From contig JBBIMN010000001.1 in the NCBI GenBank assembly GCA_037444385.1, positions 1 to 25,915 on the forward strand: a stretch of DNA of 25,915 nucleotides, written 5' to 3'. This DNA comes from Acidobacteriota bacterium (GTDB lineage: Bacteria; Acidobacteriota; UBA4820; DSQY01). Within the stretch, counting starts at the first letter, position 1. Each line of letters opens with the position of its first letter. Below the pieces are notes generated by a model. That model did no database searches. It saw only the letters and a program-made list of their open reading frames with translations, and was not told where the DNA came from. The position numbers and the translations under genes are program-made. Below, piece after piece: positions 1 through 8,638 of this stretch.

Positions 1-55
1 CGAACCGGTGATGAGGGCTTTGCAGGCCCCTGCCTTACCGCTTGGCTACGGCGCC
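1..55 (-). tRNA. tRNA-Cys(GCA), 5' part (3' end lies beyond the window edge)
   Basis: Minus strand reads GGCGCCGTAGCCAAGCGGTAAGGCAGGGGC-CT-GCA-AA-GCCCT-CATCACCGGTTCG: acceptor 5' strand, D arm, anticodon stem GGGGC/GCCCT around GCA (plus-strand 21-23), and T-loop GGTTCG at the edge. Confidence 0.93.
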
Positions 56-64
56 GGGCTTTTT

Positions 65-93
65 ATTATCCCTCAACCGGCTCGAAGTGTCAA
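65..93 (-). promoter_or_regulatory. sigma70-type promoter for tRNA-Cys
   Basis: Minus strand TTGACA (93-88), 17 nt, GATAAT (70-65); predicted start near 58, about 3 nt before the tRNA 5' end. Confidence 0.75.
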
Positions 94-184
94 ACCAATA
101 TGGCGCCCCGCTTTCCGCAACGCACCCGCAAGGAACCCCGCGGCGGAAATTCGGCCGGCGATTCCGGTTGGCGGCTTCTGGAGC

Positions 185-213
185 TTGACAACCACGCGCA
201 AAGCGTGTATTAT
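185..213 (+). promoter_or_regulatory. sigma70-type promoter for rpsT
   Basis: TTGACA (185-190), 17 nt, TATTAT (208-213); SD GGAGG at 226-230 before GTG 236. Confidence 0.85.
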
Positions 214-235
214 CGCCTCTTGTTTGGAGGTTTGA

Positions 236-505
236 GTGGCTAACCACAAGTCAGCTTTGAAGAGGGTGAGGCAAACCGAGAGGCGCAGGCTGCGCAACAA
301 GTCCGCCGTCGGCCAGATGCGCACGGTGGTGAAGCGGTTCCGCGCTCTGGTGGCCGAAAAAAAGGCCGGGGAGGCGCGCACCATGCTGCCGTCCGTCTAT
401 GCCATGATTGACAGAACGCGCAAAAAGGGCGTCATTCATTCCAACGCCGCGGCACGCTACAAGTCTCGCCTGACCACCGTCCTTTCCACCCTACAGGAAA
501 AATAG
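236..505 (+). CDS. rpsT: 30S ribosomal protein S20
   Basis: 89 aa basic protein starting MANHKSALKRVRQ with KKGVIHSNAAARYKSRL, the S20 signature; GTG start with GGAGG SD. Confidence 0.98.
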   Translation: MANHKSALKRVRQTERRRLRNKSAVGQMRTVVKRFRALVAEKKAGEARTMLPSVYAMIDRTRKKGVIHSNAAARYKSRLTTVLSTLQEK

Positions 506-526
506 GTTAAATCCGCGGTTGATCGG

Positions 527-563
527 CGGCGGGAGGCGGAAGCTTCCCGCCGTTTCGCCTTTT
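527..563 (+). terminator. probable intrinsic terminator after rpsT
   Basis: Stem CGGCGGGA (527-534) / TCCCGCCG (545-552) followed by TTTCGCCTTTT. Confidence 0.6.
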
Positions 564-625
564 GCCCTGCAAGCGAACTGGTGGTAAACTTGCACCTTCG
601 GTTCCCGCGTTAGGAGGAGGGACAA

Positions 626-3292
626 ATGACCATCGCGAAGGCTGGCTGGCTGGAGGAACGTTATTTCGGGGGTGCTTCCAACTCTGGCAGGTCCTCTGCC
701 CCGCCTCCCGAGCTTCTAGAACAAAGACGGTACGCCCCTGACAAAGCGGCGGACATCTTGCACATTAAGATAGAGTTGAACTTTGACCTTGGCTCCAAGG
801 CGGTGATGGGGCGCTGTACCACCTCCTTTTCTCCCCTTTCCGATGGACTTTCCAGACTGGAACTGGACTGCGCGGAGCTTACCGTGGACGCGGTGGCCGA
901 CGGAGAGGGCCGCAGGCTGGCTTTCGACCACGATGGCAACCGGCTGGCCGTTCTCTTTCCCAGGCCTCTTCCGAAAGACAAGCCGTCTCAAATCGTCGTC
1001 GCCTACCACGGGCGGACACGAGCCGGCCTCTATTTCACCGGCCCCACGAAGGAAAATCCGCGCAAGGCGGTGCAGGTTTGGTCTCAGGGGCAGGACGAGG
1101 ATTCGCGCCACTGGTTTCCCTGCTTTGATTACCCCAATGAAAAGGCCACTTCCGAGACGATCGTGACCGTTCCAGAAAACTGGACGGTCGTTGGGAACGG
1201 CGAGCTCGTCCAGGTAGTCCATGACAAGGCGCGGAAGGAAAAGCGGTGGCACCACCGGATGAATGTTCCTCACGTAAGCTACCTGATATCAATAGCCTGT
1301 GGAGACTTTTTGAAGATCGAGCAACTATGGCGGAACAAGCCGGTCCAATACTTCGTCAAACCGGGACAGGAGGCCGCCGCGCGCCGCGCTTTCGCTCGCA
1401 CTCCCGACATGCTGGAGTTCTTTTCGGAAAGGTTTGGCGTGGAGTACCCCTACCCGAAGTATAGCCAAGTCGTGGTCGAGGACTTCATCTTCGGCGGCAT
1501 GGAGAACATCAGCGCCACGACGCTGATTGACAGGGCGCTGCCCGACATTCGAGCCTCCCTTGACTACGAGCCGGAGGATCTTGTTTCGCATGAACTGGCC
1601 CACCAGTGGTTCGGCGACCTGGTTACTTGCAAGGACTGGTCCCATGCATGGCTGAACGAGGGGTTCGCCTCATATGCCGAGGTTCTGTACCGCGAGCACT
1701 GGAAAGGCGAGGAAGATGCCACGCGCCACCGGCTGGACCAGATGCAGTTGTTTCTCACGCGCGACAAGGCGGTCCGCCGCCCAACCGTTACCCGCGAATA
1801 CGCCATGCCGATGCAGCTTTTCGACGCCCACATATACGAGAAAGGCAGCCTTATCCTCCACATGCTGCGCCGTTTCCTTGGAGAAGCCGAATTCTGGGCA
1901 GTGGTCACGGCCTATCTCAAGGCTTTCGCGGAAAAGACCGCACAGACCGAAGACCTGATCGCCGTCATCGAGCGCGTCACGGGCAAGAACCTCGAATGGT
2001 TCTTCGACCAGTGGGTCTTCGGCGCCGGCTACCCTGAGCTCGAAGTCAAGAGCGACTGGGACGACACCCGCCGCTGCGCCGTCATCAGCGTGGACCAGAA
2101 GCAGAAGCTAGAAAACGGCAAGGGGCTTTTCAGGCTGCCGTTCATTGTTCGGTTCCACGGCAAGAAGAAGGCGGAAGAGCGCTCCATAGAGGTGAGCGAA
2201 GTGCACCACCAGTTCACCTTCCCGCTCGAAGAGAAGCCCGATTTCGTCCGCTTTGACCCGGGGTGCCAGCTTCTCAAAAAGACGGCGCTCAAGATGCCTG
2301 TTTCCATGCTCAAGGCGCAGCTTGAACGCGACCCCGATTGGATGGGCCGCGCGGAGGCCGCCCACGCGCTTGCGAAAGAAGGGTCCTACGATGCAATCGA
2401 AGCCCTTGGCGCCGCACTGCTGAAGGAGCCCTTCTGGGGCGCCGCCGCGGAAATCGCGCCGGCCCTTGGAGAGAACGGTTCTTTACAGGCGCGCGACGCC
2501 CTCATTGCCGCGCTCTCACTGGAAAATCCGAGGACGCGAAGGGCCGTTATAAAAGCCCTGGGGACGTTCAAGGATGAAGTGGCCGCCAAGGCGCTGGCGC
2601 CGCTGGCGCGGCGCGACGCGTCCTACTTTGTCGAGGCCGAAGCCAACCTGGCTTTAGGCGCCACGCGCCACTTTTCGGCCCTAGCCATCCTGAGCGCTTC
2701 CGCGAAGAAAGAGAGCCACGGTGACGTGATTCGCGAGTTCGCCTACGCGGGCCTTGCGCGCCTTCGCGACGACCGCGCCCTGCCGGTTTTGCGCGCCGGG
2801 GCGGCGCCGGGTGGAAAGCCGCGCGGCCGGATGTCCGCCATGCGCGCCCTCGCAACCCTGGCAAAAGGCCGCGACCCGCTTCGCGATGAGGTGCGGCAGG
2901 AGCTTGAGGAGTATCTTCGCGACGCCGATTTCTTCGCCAAAATGGGCGCGCTCGCCGCGTTGGAGGTTCTTGGCGAGCCCGCCGCCGCCGAGGCCGCCGA
3001 CAACCTGCGCTCCCGCGAAGTTGACGGCCGCCTTGCCCTGAACAGCAGAGACGTCGCCCGCCGCTTGCGAGAAAGCACGGCCAAGAGCGACGAGGTCACC
3101 TCGCTGCGCTCCGACTTCGAAAAGCTTCGCGAGGAAAACCGTTCCCTGCGCGACCGGGTTGAAAGGATGGAGAGGCTCGCCCCGCCTGGCAAGAAAAATT
3201 TCGGCAACCCAAAAGCTCTGCCAAAGGCCAAGGCAAAGGTGAAAGCGCCGGCGAAGGTTAAGGCCAAGGCAAAAGCGAAGAAGGCGAAATAG
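626..3292 (+). CDS. pepN: M1 family zinc aminopeptidase (PepN-like) with C-terminal HEAT repeats, coiled coil and Lys/Ala-rich tail
   Basis: GGMEN exopeptidase motif, HELAH...(18 aa)...E zinc motif (HELAHQWFGDLVTCKDWSHAWLNEGFA), YEKG motif; HEAT-like repeats (RAEAAHALA, RRAVIKALG); strong SD AGGAGG upstream. Confidence 0.92.
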   Translation: MTIAKAGWLEERYFGGASNSGRSSAPPPELLEQRRYAPDKAADILHIKIELNFDLGSKAVMGRCTTSFSPLSDGLSRLELDCAELTVDAVADGEGRRLAFDHDGNRLAVLFPRPLPKDKPSQIVVAYHGRTRAGLYFTGPTKENPRKAVQVWSQGQDEDSRHWFPCFDYPNEKATSETIVTVPENWTVVGNGELVQVVHDKARKEKRWHHRMNVPHVSYLISIACGDFLKIEQLWRNKPVQYFVKPGQEAAARRAFARTPDMLEFFSERFGVEYPYPKYSQVVVEDFIFGGMENISATTLIDRALPDIRASLDYEPEDLVSHELAHQWFGDLVTCKDWSHAWLNEGFASYAEVLYREHWKGEEDATRHRLDQMQLFLTRDKAVRRPTVTREYAMPMQLFDAHIYEKGSLILHMLRRFLGEAEFWAVVTAYLKAFAEKTAQTEDLIAVIERVTGKNLEWFFDQWVFGAGYPELEVKSDWDDTRRCAVISVDQKQKLENGKGLFRLPFIVRFHGKKKAEERSIEVSEVHHQFTFPLEEKPDFVRFDPGCQLLKKTALKMPVSMLKAQLERDPDWMGRAEAAHALAKEGSYDAIEALGAALLKEPFWGAAAEIAPALGENGSLQARDALIAALSLENPRTRRAVIKALGTFKDEVAAKALAPLARRDASYFVEAEANLALGATRHFSALAILSASAKKESHGDVIREFAYAGLARLRDDRALPVLRAGAAPGGKPRGRMSAMRALATLAKGRDPLRDEVRQELEEYLRDADFFAKMGALAALEVLGEPAAAEAADNLRSREVDGRLALNSRDVARRLRESTAKSDEVTSLRSDFEKLREENRSLRDRVERMERLAPPGKKNFGNPKALPKAKAKVKAPAKVKAKAKAKKAK

Positions 3293-3346
3293 ATGAGAGG
3301 CGGGTTGAAGGCGCTCGTCCGCCATCCATCATCCAAATGATGGCGA

Positions 3347-3919
3347 ATGGACGACTCTCGGATGAAGGACCACGAACTGCATGAACGAAGGTTTAACGGC
3401 GGAGCCGAGCGGCTGCGCTCGCCCGAGAGAATAGCCCGTCTCGAAATTGGCCGCGTGGTCGCTTTGAGCCTTGAAGGCCTCGCCGTAAAAAGCGTTCTCG
3501 ACGTCGGAACCGGCGCGGGCGTCTTCGCCGAGGCTTTCTCCAAGTCAGCCGCAAGCGTGGCCGGCATAGACGTCAGCGCCGAGCTTCTCGCGGCCGCGAG
3601 AAAGCACGTTCCCAACGCCCTCTTTCTTGAAGCCCCGGCCGAGAAACTTCCCTTCGCCGACGGCTCCTTCGACCTGCTCTTCCTTGGCAGCGTTCTTCAT
3701 GAGACCGATGATCCACTCAAAGCATTGGAGGAGGCCCGGCGGGTGGCCATCAGCAGGGTCGCCGTCCTCGAATGGCCGTACAAAGAAGAAGAGGCAGGGC
3801 CGCCGATCCACCACCGCCTAGGGCTTGAAGCAATCGCAGAACTCGCTATCAGGGCGGGTTTTGAAGCCGTCGAGCACATCGCCCTTGCCCGCATGGATTT
3901 GTACAGGCTGACGCCATAA
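3347..3919 (+). CDS. class I SAM-dependent methyltransferase
   Basis: VLDVGTGAG motif I, GIDVS, AEKLPFADGSFDL and VLHE motifs; start could instead be ATG 3362. Confidence 0.88.
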   Translation: MDDSRMKDHELHERRFNGGAERLRSPERIARLEIGRVVALSLEGLAVKSVLDVGTGAGVFAEAFSKSAASVAGIDVSAELLAAARKHVPNALFLEAPAEKLPFADGSFDLLFLGSVLHETDDPLKALEEARRVAISRVAVLEWPYKEEEAGPPIHHRLGLEAIAELAIRAGFEAVEHIALARMDLYRLTP

Positions 3920-3982
3920 CGCCAGAGACAAGCACATTCCTCCCGTCAGCCCGTTGACTCATCAACTCATCAACGGCATCGC

Positions 3983-4315
3983 TTAATGGCCCGACGCCTC
4001 TCGCGATTTCTGGCGGGTGATGTTCATCACCCTGAGCGCGACGTTGGTCCCGCCTTGGGCGCGGTATGCGAGGCGCAACTGGTCCCCAACGGCCGGCTCC
4101 GCGCCGATCTCGGCGCTGCTTATGTCAAATGTCTGGGGCCGGGCCTCCGGATTTGCCTCGTCCTTCAAGGCAATGGTTTTGCCATCCGTGGCCACGGAGA
4201 CGACGGTCCCTTGAACGACCGGCGCGGGCGGCGAACAGGCGGCGAAGAGAAGCATGATCGCCATGAATGCAAGCGCGGCGGCACATTTCAGTTGCAATGG
4301 TCCGCTGTTTTTCAT
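3983..4315 (-). CDS. small lipoprotein, 110 aa (MKNSGPLQLK...), possible OB-fold-like beta domain
   Basis: True start inferred at the ATG overlapping the TSUP stop (ATGA, 4315-4312) with SD GAGGAGG upstream; hydrophobic signal ending in lipobox LFAA-C; the longer ORF-track N-terminus overlaps the TSUP gene out of frame. Confidence 0.8.
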   Translation of the reverse strand: MKNSGPLQLKCAAALAFMAIMLLFAACSPPAPVVQGTVVSVATDGKTIALKDEANPEARPQTFDISSAEIGAEPAVGDQLRLAYRAQGGTNVALRVMNITRQKSREASGH

Positions 4316-5334
4316 CTCAACGCCCTCCTCGCCCTGAGCTCCTTGGCGGCGCCTTTCACCATTCCCGCGATGACCACCAGCGTCATCGCCGAAACTGCCG
4401 TCATTACGACCCAGGAGGCGGCTGTCGTCATCTTTAATTGTTTGAGAATGACGGAAATCATGGCGAAAAACACGGTGCAGCCGAACATGAGCCTGATGCC
4501 GTAGCCGCGGATGTACTTTGTGGCGATGGTACCAACCTGCGCGCCGGGCGCCGCGCCAAGAAGCATGATGATGACGGCCAGAAGCTCTATCCTCCCCTTC
4601 ATGCCGTAAGTGAAAGCGCCGTAGAAACCGGCGAGCATGACCGTGAAGAGGTCTGTTCCCACGGCAACGTACGTCGGGCAGCCGATGAGGTATACAAGCG
4701 CCGGCATCATTAAGAGGCCGCCGCCGATCCCCAACAGTCCCGCCAGGAAACCGACAAGAAAGCCCACGCTGGCGGGAAGCCAGAGCGAGCACTCGACCTG
4801 CGCGACGTTGAAACGCACGATGGGAGGAATCTTGATCTTGTGGAGCGTCTCGTGCCAGTGCACCGCCGAGCCCGAAGGCGCGCCGCCTTCGGTGGCGGAC
4901 TTTTCGAGAGACCGTTTTTTGAAGAAGTCGTAGAAAACCAGAAGGCCGATCAGAAAAAGGAAGACCACGTAGACCCAGCGGATGACCGGCCCGGCAAGCC
5001 CCAACCTTTCAAGGTACATGACGAGCCTCGCCCCAAGCTCGATGCCGATGACGTCGAACACCAGCATGGCAAGCCCCAGCTTGGCGTCCACGTTGCCGAA
5101 CTTGGCGTGGCGGCGCGTCGAAATGATTGACTTGCCAGCCATGTGGCACAGGTCGGTCCCGACCGCGAAGGGCATTGGAAAGCCGAAAATGTTCAAGGCC
5201 GGGGTCACCATCCAGGCGCCGCCCATTCCAAAGAAGCCGCCCAGGACGCCCACGGCGACGCCCAAGAGAACGAGCAGCAGCGGATTAATTGAGACGCCGG
5301 AAATCGGAAGCGTAATGGTCAGCCATTCGTGCAT
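4312..5334 (-). CDS. sulfite exporter TauE/SafE (TSUP) family membrane protein
   Basis: Two internal repeats with GFFGMGGAW...AVGTDL and GLLGIGGG...AVGTDL; multiple TM helices; SD AGGAG upstream. Confidence 0.92.
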   Translation of the reverse strand: MHEWLTITLPISGVSINPLLLVLLGVAVGVLGGFFGMGGAWMVTPALNIFGFPMPFAVGTDLCHMAGKSIISTRRHAKFGNVDAKLGLAMLVFDVIGIELGARLVMYLERLGLAGPVIRWVYVVFLFLIGLLVFYDFFKKRSLEKSATEGGAPSGSAVHWHETLHKIKIPPIVRFNVAQVECSLWLPASVGFLVGFLAGLLGIGGGLLMMPALVYLIGCPTYVAVGTDLFTVMLAGFYGAFTYGMKGRIELLAVIIMLLGAAPGAQVGTIATKYIRGYGIRLMFGCTVFFAMISVILKQLKMTTAASWVVMTAVSAMTLVVIAGMVKGAAKELRARRALR

Positions 5335-5343
5335 TGCAGCCTC

Positions 5344-5640
5344 CTACTCCTGGCCTTCGTGCTTGCTCAGGTCCAGCCCGATGGCGCCGACAAGAAAATC
5401 CATCAATAGGCCAAGACAGAGCCCCATCAAAGCCGTTATGGCCACGGCCTCGATGGTGAACAGGAGCCTGTTGGTGTTGTACAGATCGGCGATGTAGAGG
5501 TTGAACCCGCTCAGGTGGCGCGTGTCGGCCACGTGTACAAGCTTGCCCTCTTTCTCTCCAGAGGCCAACGCTCCGAGAGGCAACACGAACAGGGCCGCCG
5601 CCGTGGCCAGCGCCCGTATGACCGGGAATCTCTTTTTCAT
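5344..5640 (-). CDS. small membrane protein, DVU0150-family-like (98 aa)
   Basis: MKKRF start with GGAGG SD; hydrophobic N-terminus, then VADTR...LYN...TM...G-D-L tail, which matches my recollection of the Desulfovibrio DVU0150 family that sits next to TSUP genes (needs an HMM check). Confidence 0.72.
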   Translation of the reverse strand: MKKRFPVIRALATAAALFVLPLGALASGEKEGKLVHVADTRHLSGFNLYIADLYNTNRLLFTIEAVAITALMGLCLGLLMDFLVGAIGLDLSKHEGQE

Positions 5641-5655
5641 TGGCCCCTCCACTTT

Positions 5656-6974
5656 TCAGAATACTATCTGGTACTGCAGCCGGTACTCGTAGCCGTGGTA
5701 ACGGGACGCGTCGTTCCGAATCTTTCGGCAGTCGGCCTGAAGTTTAGAGTTGAACCCGCTGAAGTACCAGTTGGCGCCGATTCCAGTTTCGGTCTGCCGG
5801 TCCATCAACTTCGCGTCGTTTGGGTCGTAGCCCCATCGGCCCGCGAAAAGTTCCAGCCTCTTGGGGATTAAGAGAAAGCCCAACTGCGCGTTGAGGCCGT
5901 TCGATGCCGTCAGATTGCCCTTGACGTCGAAACTGTGGCGGCCGAAGTATTCGCCGTAGGCGGTGAACCACTTGCACTTGAACATCAGGTCGTAACCGGC
6001 CGTGTGGTACATCGCGCCCGAGGCCGGCGTGCCGTTTTGCGCCGGAACGCGCCTGTCGTTGTGCTCGTATTCGAAGCCCAAGGAGAGTTTCGGTTTGGCG
6101 CTCCCGAATGGATTCGCCTCATCGTATCCCGCGCTGCCCCACGGGCTCGGGGCCGTGGGGGTAGACGCCAGTCCCGCTGGTACTTGTTGTCGGCGTTGGT
6201 GTAAACGCTGCGGCCTCCGCCGTTGTATAGACCCACGCTGTACTCGAACATGTCCTTAACGGAAGATGGGCCGAATTGGCCGGTCGCCATTATGCCCACG
6301 TCGCGGATGCTGCAAAATTGCGTCGTGACGAAGGAGCGGTCAGCGAACTGGTCCGTTCTGGTCGAAGCGATGCTTTGCCGGCCGAAAGGCGTTTTGCCCT
6401 GGCCCGCCCGAATCTGAAAGAGCCCCTTGCCGTGCGTGAAGTCATATTGGATGTAAGCATCGTCCAAAACGCCCAACGCGGTATTGGCGTTTGCCCAATC
6501 GGCCTGAAAACGGAACGTCAGGTCTGGCGTGTAGGCCCAACCCGTTACCTGCGTCTTGAACCGTCTCACGGCGAAGGCCCCTTGGTCAACAGGGGCGGGA
6601 TCCTGATAGTGATCATCCGTCCATCTGTACTGAAGGCGGTTGGTGACGTTGATCTGCGCGTTTGGGAACTTGAAGGTGGTCTGGCCGTCCTTCCAGGAAA
6701 CCGATACGGGGGTGGGCGCGGCCGGAGTTTGAGCGCTCGCTTGCAAGGCGGACTGGGGCGCCTGAGGCGCGGCCTTGCTCTTTTCCAGTTGATCCAATCG
6801 CTTCTGGAGCGATTCAATGACGGACTGCTGCTTCTGGAGCGCTTCCTGTGCCTGCCGAAGCTGAAGCTTCAGCTCCTCGATCGGGTCTTGGGGTGTTTGG
6901 GCGAGGCAGAGCAAGCCGGACAGAACCATAACAGCCACGAACGGTGGTGCAAACAAGAGATGCGCGTGTTTCAT
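5656..6974 (-). pseudogene. phosphate/anion-selective porin (OprO/OprP-like), split by a frameshift near 6135-6175 (genuine lesion or sequence error)
   Basis: N-half: signal peptide, coiled coil, FAVRRFKT, LDDAYIQY, GQGKTPFG. C-half in another frame, open from a stop at 6256-6258: SPWGSAGYDE...YRLQYQIVF, ending in an outer-membrane beta-barrel C-terminal Phe motif. Confidence 0.8.
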
Positions 6975-7020
6975 CCTCCCCCCCCTTCGCGAGGCCGGAC
7001 TTTGCCCCACGGTACATTGA

Positions 7021-7098
7021 TGCGTCATTTTGGCTGGTTGTGTCAAGCGGCCTTTGGCGTCCTCATGCCGTTAGGGTTAAATGACCCATTTTGGGCTG
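7021..7098. promoter_or_regulatory. two related 17-bp sites in the divergent intergenic region (putative operator/UAS pair)
   Basis: TGCGTCA-TTT-TGGCTGG (7021-7037) and TGACCCA-TTT-TGGGCTG (7082-7098), 61 bp apart. Confidence 0.4.
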
Positions 7099-7138
7099 CA
7101 TGAAAGGCGATGACTTGAAGGCGGAGCGGCCGGCTGGG

Positions 7139-7147
7139 TGTTACAAT
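7139..7147 (+). promoter_or_regulatory. extended -10 promoter element for the kinase operon
   Basis: TG-T-TACAAT, 24 nt upstream of GTG 7171. Confidence 0.5.
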
Positions 7148-7170
7148 AGTGGCGGGGCGGGAAGAGGGCC

Positions 7171-8202
7171 GTGAAAAAAAGAGACCGGCAAGGAGAGGTG
7201 CCGCCAGCGGCAAGGCCGATGCTTCAGAACGGCTGGCCGATTTTATGCCTGGGTCCCGCTTGCCTTCTGCTATTCGCGTCGGGGGTATGGCTTCTTAATG
7301 CCACCCGCGTTATCACGTTTGCCGCACTTCTCTTGGCCGTTCTTCTTCTCTACGGCATTCTGGTGTGGCCTTTTTGGGTACTGCGTCGGCGCCGGATGTC
7401 GAAGCTGGAGCAGGAGCGAGACGCCTTCTACCAGGAGTTGCTAAGAAATTCAAAGGCCGCTGGCCTCGGCGAGATGGCGTCAAGCATAGCCCACGACATC
7501 AACAACCCGCTTGCTATAATGCACGAGGAGGCCGGATGGATAGAGGATCTGCTTCGCAAGCCCGAGGCCAAGAACCAGTCCACGCTTGATGAGATCGCCA
7601 ATTCCGCGGCGCAGATCGAAATACAGATCCGCCGCTCCAGGGACATTACGTCGCGCATTCTGAACTGGACTCGCGAGAGCGGCGGCCCGGCCAGCCAGAC
7701 GGACGCCAACCTCCTCTTCAACAAGACTCTCTACCTGCTGGAGGGCGATCTGCAAGCGAGCGGCGTGAAGGTCGTCAAGAGTTTCGCCGAGGGGTTGCCG
7801 CCGGTGCGCGGCGCCGCTTGCGAATGGCAGCAGGTCTTTTTGAACCTGATGAAGAACGCCCTGGATGCCATGCGCCCGTCAGGCGGGGTTTTGACGCTTT
7901 CCACGAGAGACGCCGGCGCCTGGGTCCGTGCCACCGTGGGCGACACGGGCCGCGGAATCCCTCCTGGCGATCTGGCACGCATTTTCGATCCCTTTTTTAC
8001 GACCAAGCCCCCCGGCGAAGGCACCGGCCTCGGCCTTCCAATCAGCCGGTGGATAGCGGAAAAACAGGGCGGCAAGATAGAGGTGGAGTGCCTTTTGGGC
8101 CAGGGCACCGCGTTCCACGTTTTTGCCCCCAAGGCCGTTGCGGATTGCGGAGGTGAAGGATGGAGGAGTCATGACAAGGCTGATCCGCCTGCTCATCGTT
8201 GA
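7171..8202 (+). CDS. sensor histidine kinase with 2 TM helices and no extracytoplasmic sensor domain
   Basis: H-box SIAHDINNP, N-box QVFLNLMKNALDA, G1 DTGRGI, F-box IFDPFFTTK, G2 GEGTGLGL; start uncertain (7171, 7198 or 7219). Confidence 0.92.
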   Translation: MKKRDRQGEVPPAARPMLQNGWPILCLGPACLLLFASGVWLLNATRVITFAALLLAVLLLYGILVWPFWVLRRRRMSKLEQERDAFYQELLRNSKAAGLGEMASSIAHDINNPLAIMHEEAGWIEDLLRKPEAKNQSTLDEIANSAAQIEIQIRRSRDITSRILNWTRESGGPASQTDANLLFNKTLYLLEGDLQASGVKVVKSFAEGLPPVRGAACEWQQVFLNLMKNALDAMRPSGGVLTLSTRDAGAWVRATVGDTGRGIPPGDLARIFDPFFTTKPPGEGTGLGLPISRWIAEKQGGKIEVECLLGQGTAFHVFAPKAVADCGGEGWRSHDKADPPAHR

Positions 8203-8581
8203 TGACGAGGAGCGTTTCGTGGAAACCCTTTCCAAAAGGTTTGCCGCCAGGGGCTTTTATGTCGAGGGCGCCAACAGCGGCCCTGATGCCCTGGCCATTC
8301 TCAACCAGAAGCCTTTCGACGTCGTGCTTTTGGATCTGAGAATGCCCGGGATGGACGGGCTTCAGACGCTTAGAGAGATTCGCTCGGCGCAGCCTCTGTT
8401 GCAGACCGTCATGCTCAGCGGGAACGCATCCATCAACGCCGCCGTGGAGGGGATGCGCCTCGGCGCGTCGGATTACCTTTTGAAACCGGCGGACATCGAG
8501 GAGGTAATCGCGAAAGTAGAAGAGGCGTTTGAAAAGAAACGCTTAAAAGAGAAGGATTTGTCTGGCCGAAATGAAGCGTAG
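8171..8581 (+). CDS. stand-alone response regulator (REC only, 136 aa)
   Basis: ATG 8171 after GGAGGAG; LIVDDEE, LLDLRMPGMDG (phospho-Asp), YLLKP; no output domain. Confidence 0.92.
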   Translation: MTRLIRLLIVDDEERFVETLSKRFAARGFYVEGANSGPDALAILNQKPFDVVLLDLRMPGMDGLQTLREIRSAQPLLQTVMLSGNASINAAVEGMRLGASDYLLKPADIEEVIAKVEEAFEKKRLKEKDLSGRNEA

Positions 8582-8591
8582 AAGCCGGTTC

Positions 8592-8615
8592 GGGCGCGCG
8601 GCCGCGCCCTATTTA
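8592..8615 (+). terminator. GC hairpin between the first REC gene and the PEP-utilizer genes (weak terminator or stabilising stem)
   Basis: GGGCGCG-CGGC-CGCGCCC followed by TATTTA. Confidence 0.35.
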
Positions 8616-8638
8616 CGGATAGGCCATAAGGACGGACC

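Noticed and set aside
3983-4792. 269-aa ORF-track protein
   Set aside because: Only the last 110 aa are credible; the upstream part overlaps the TSUP gene in another frame.
6978-6985. C8 tract (G8 on the coding strand) at the porin ribosome-binding site, and an A7 run at 7174-7180 just after the first candidate kinase start, as phase-variation switches
   Set aside because: The tracts are short, and there is no evidence of length variation in a single sequence; the kinase start itself is uncertain.
6975-7170. sigma54 (-24/-12) promoter for the porin/TSUP operon
   Set aside because: The best candidates (TGGCGTCCTCATGC and its reverse CGGCATGAGGACGC) have 9 rather than 10 nt between GG and GC.
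8171-8202. 32-nt overlap between the kinase C-terminus and the REC gene as a frameshift or fusion (hybrid kinase)
   Set aside because: All kinase motifs are complete before the overlap, and the REC gene has its own strong SD (GGAGGAG) and ATG.
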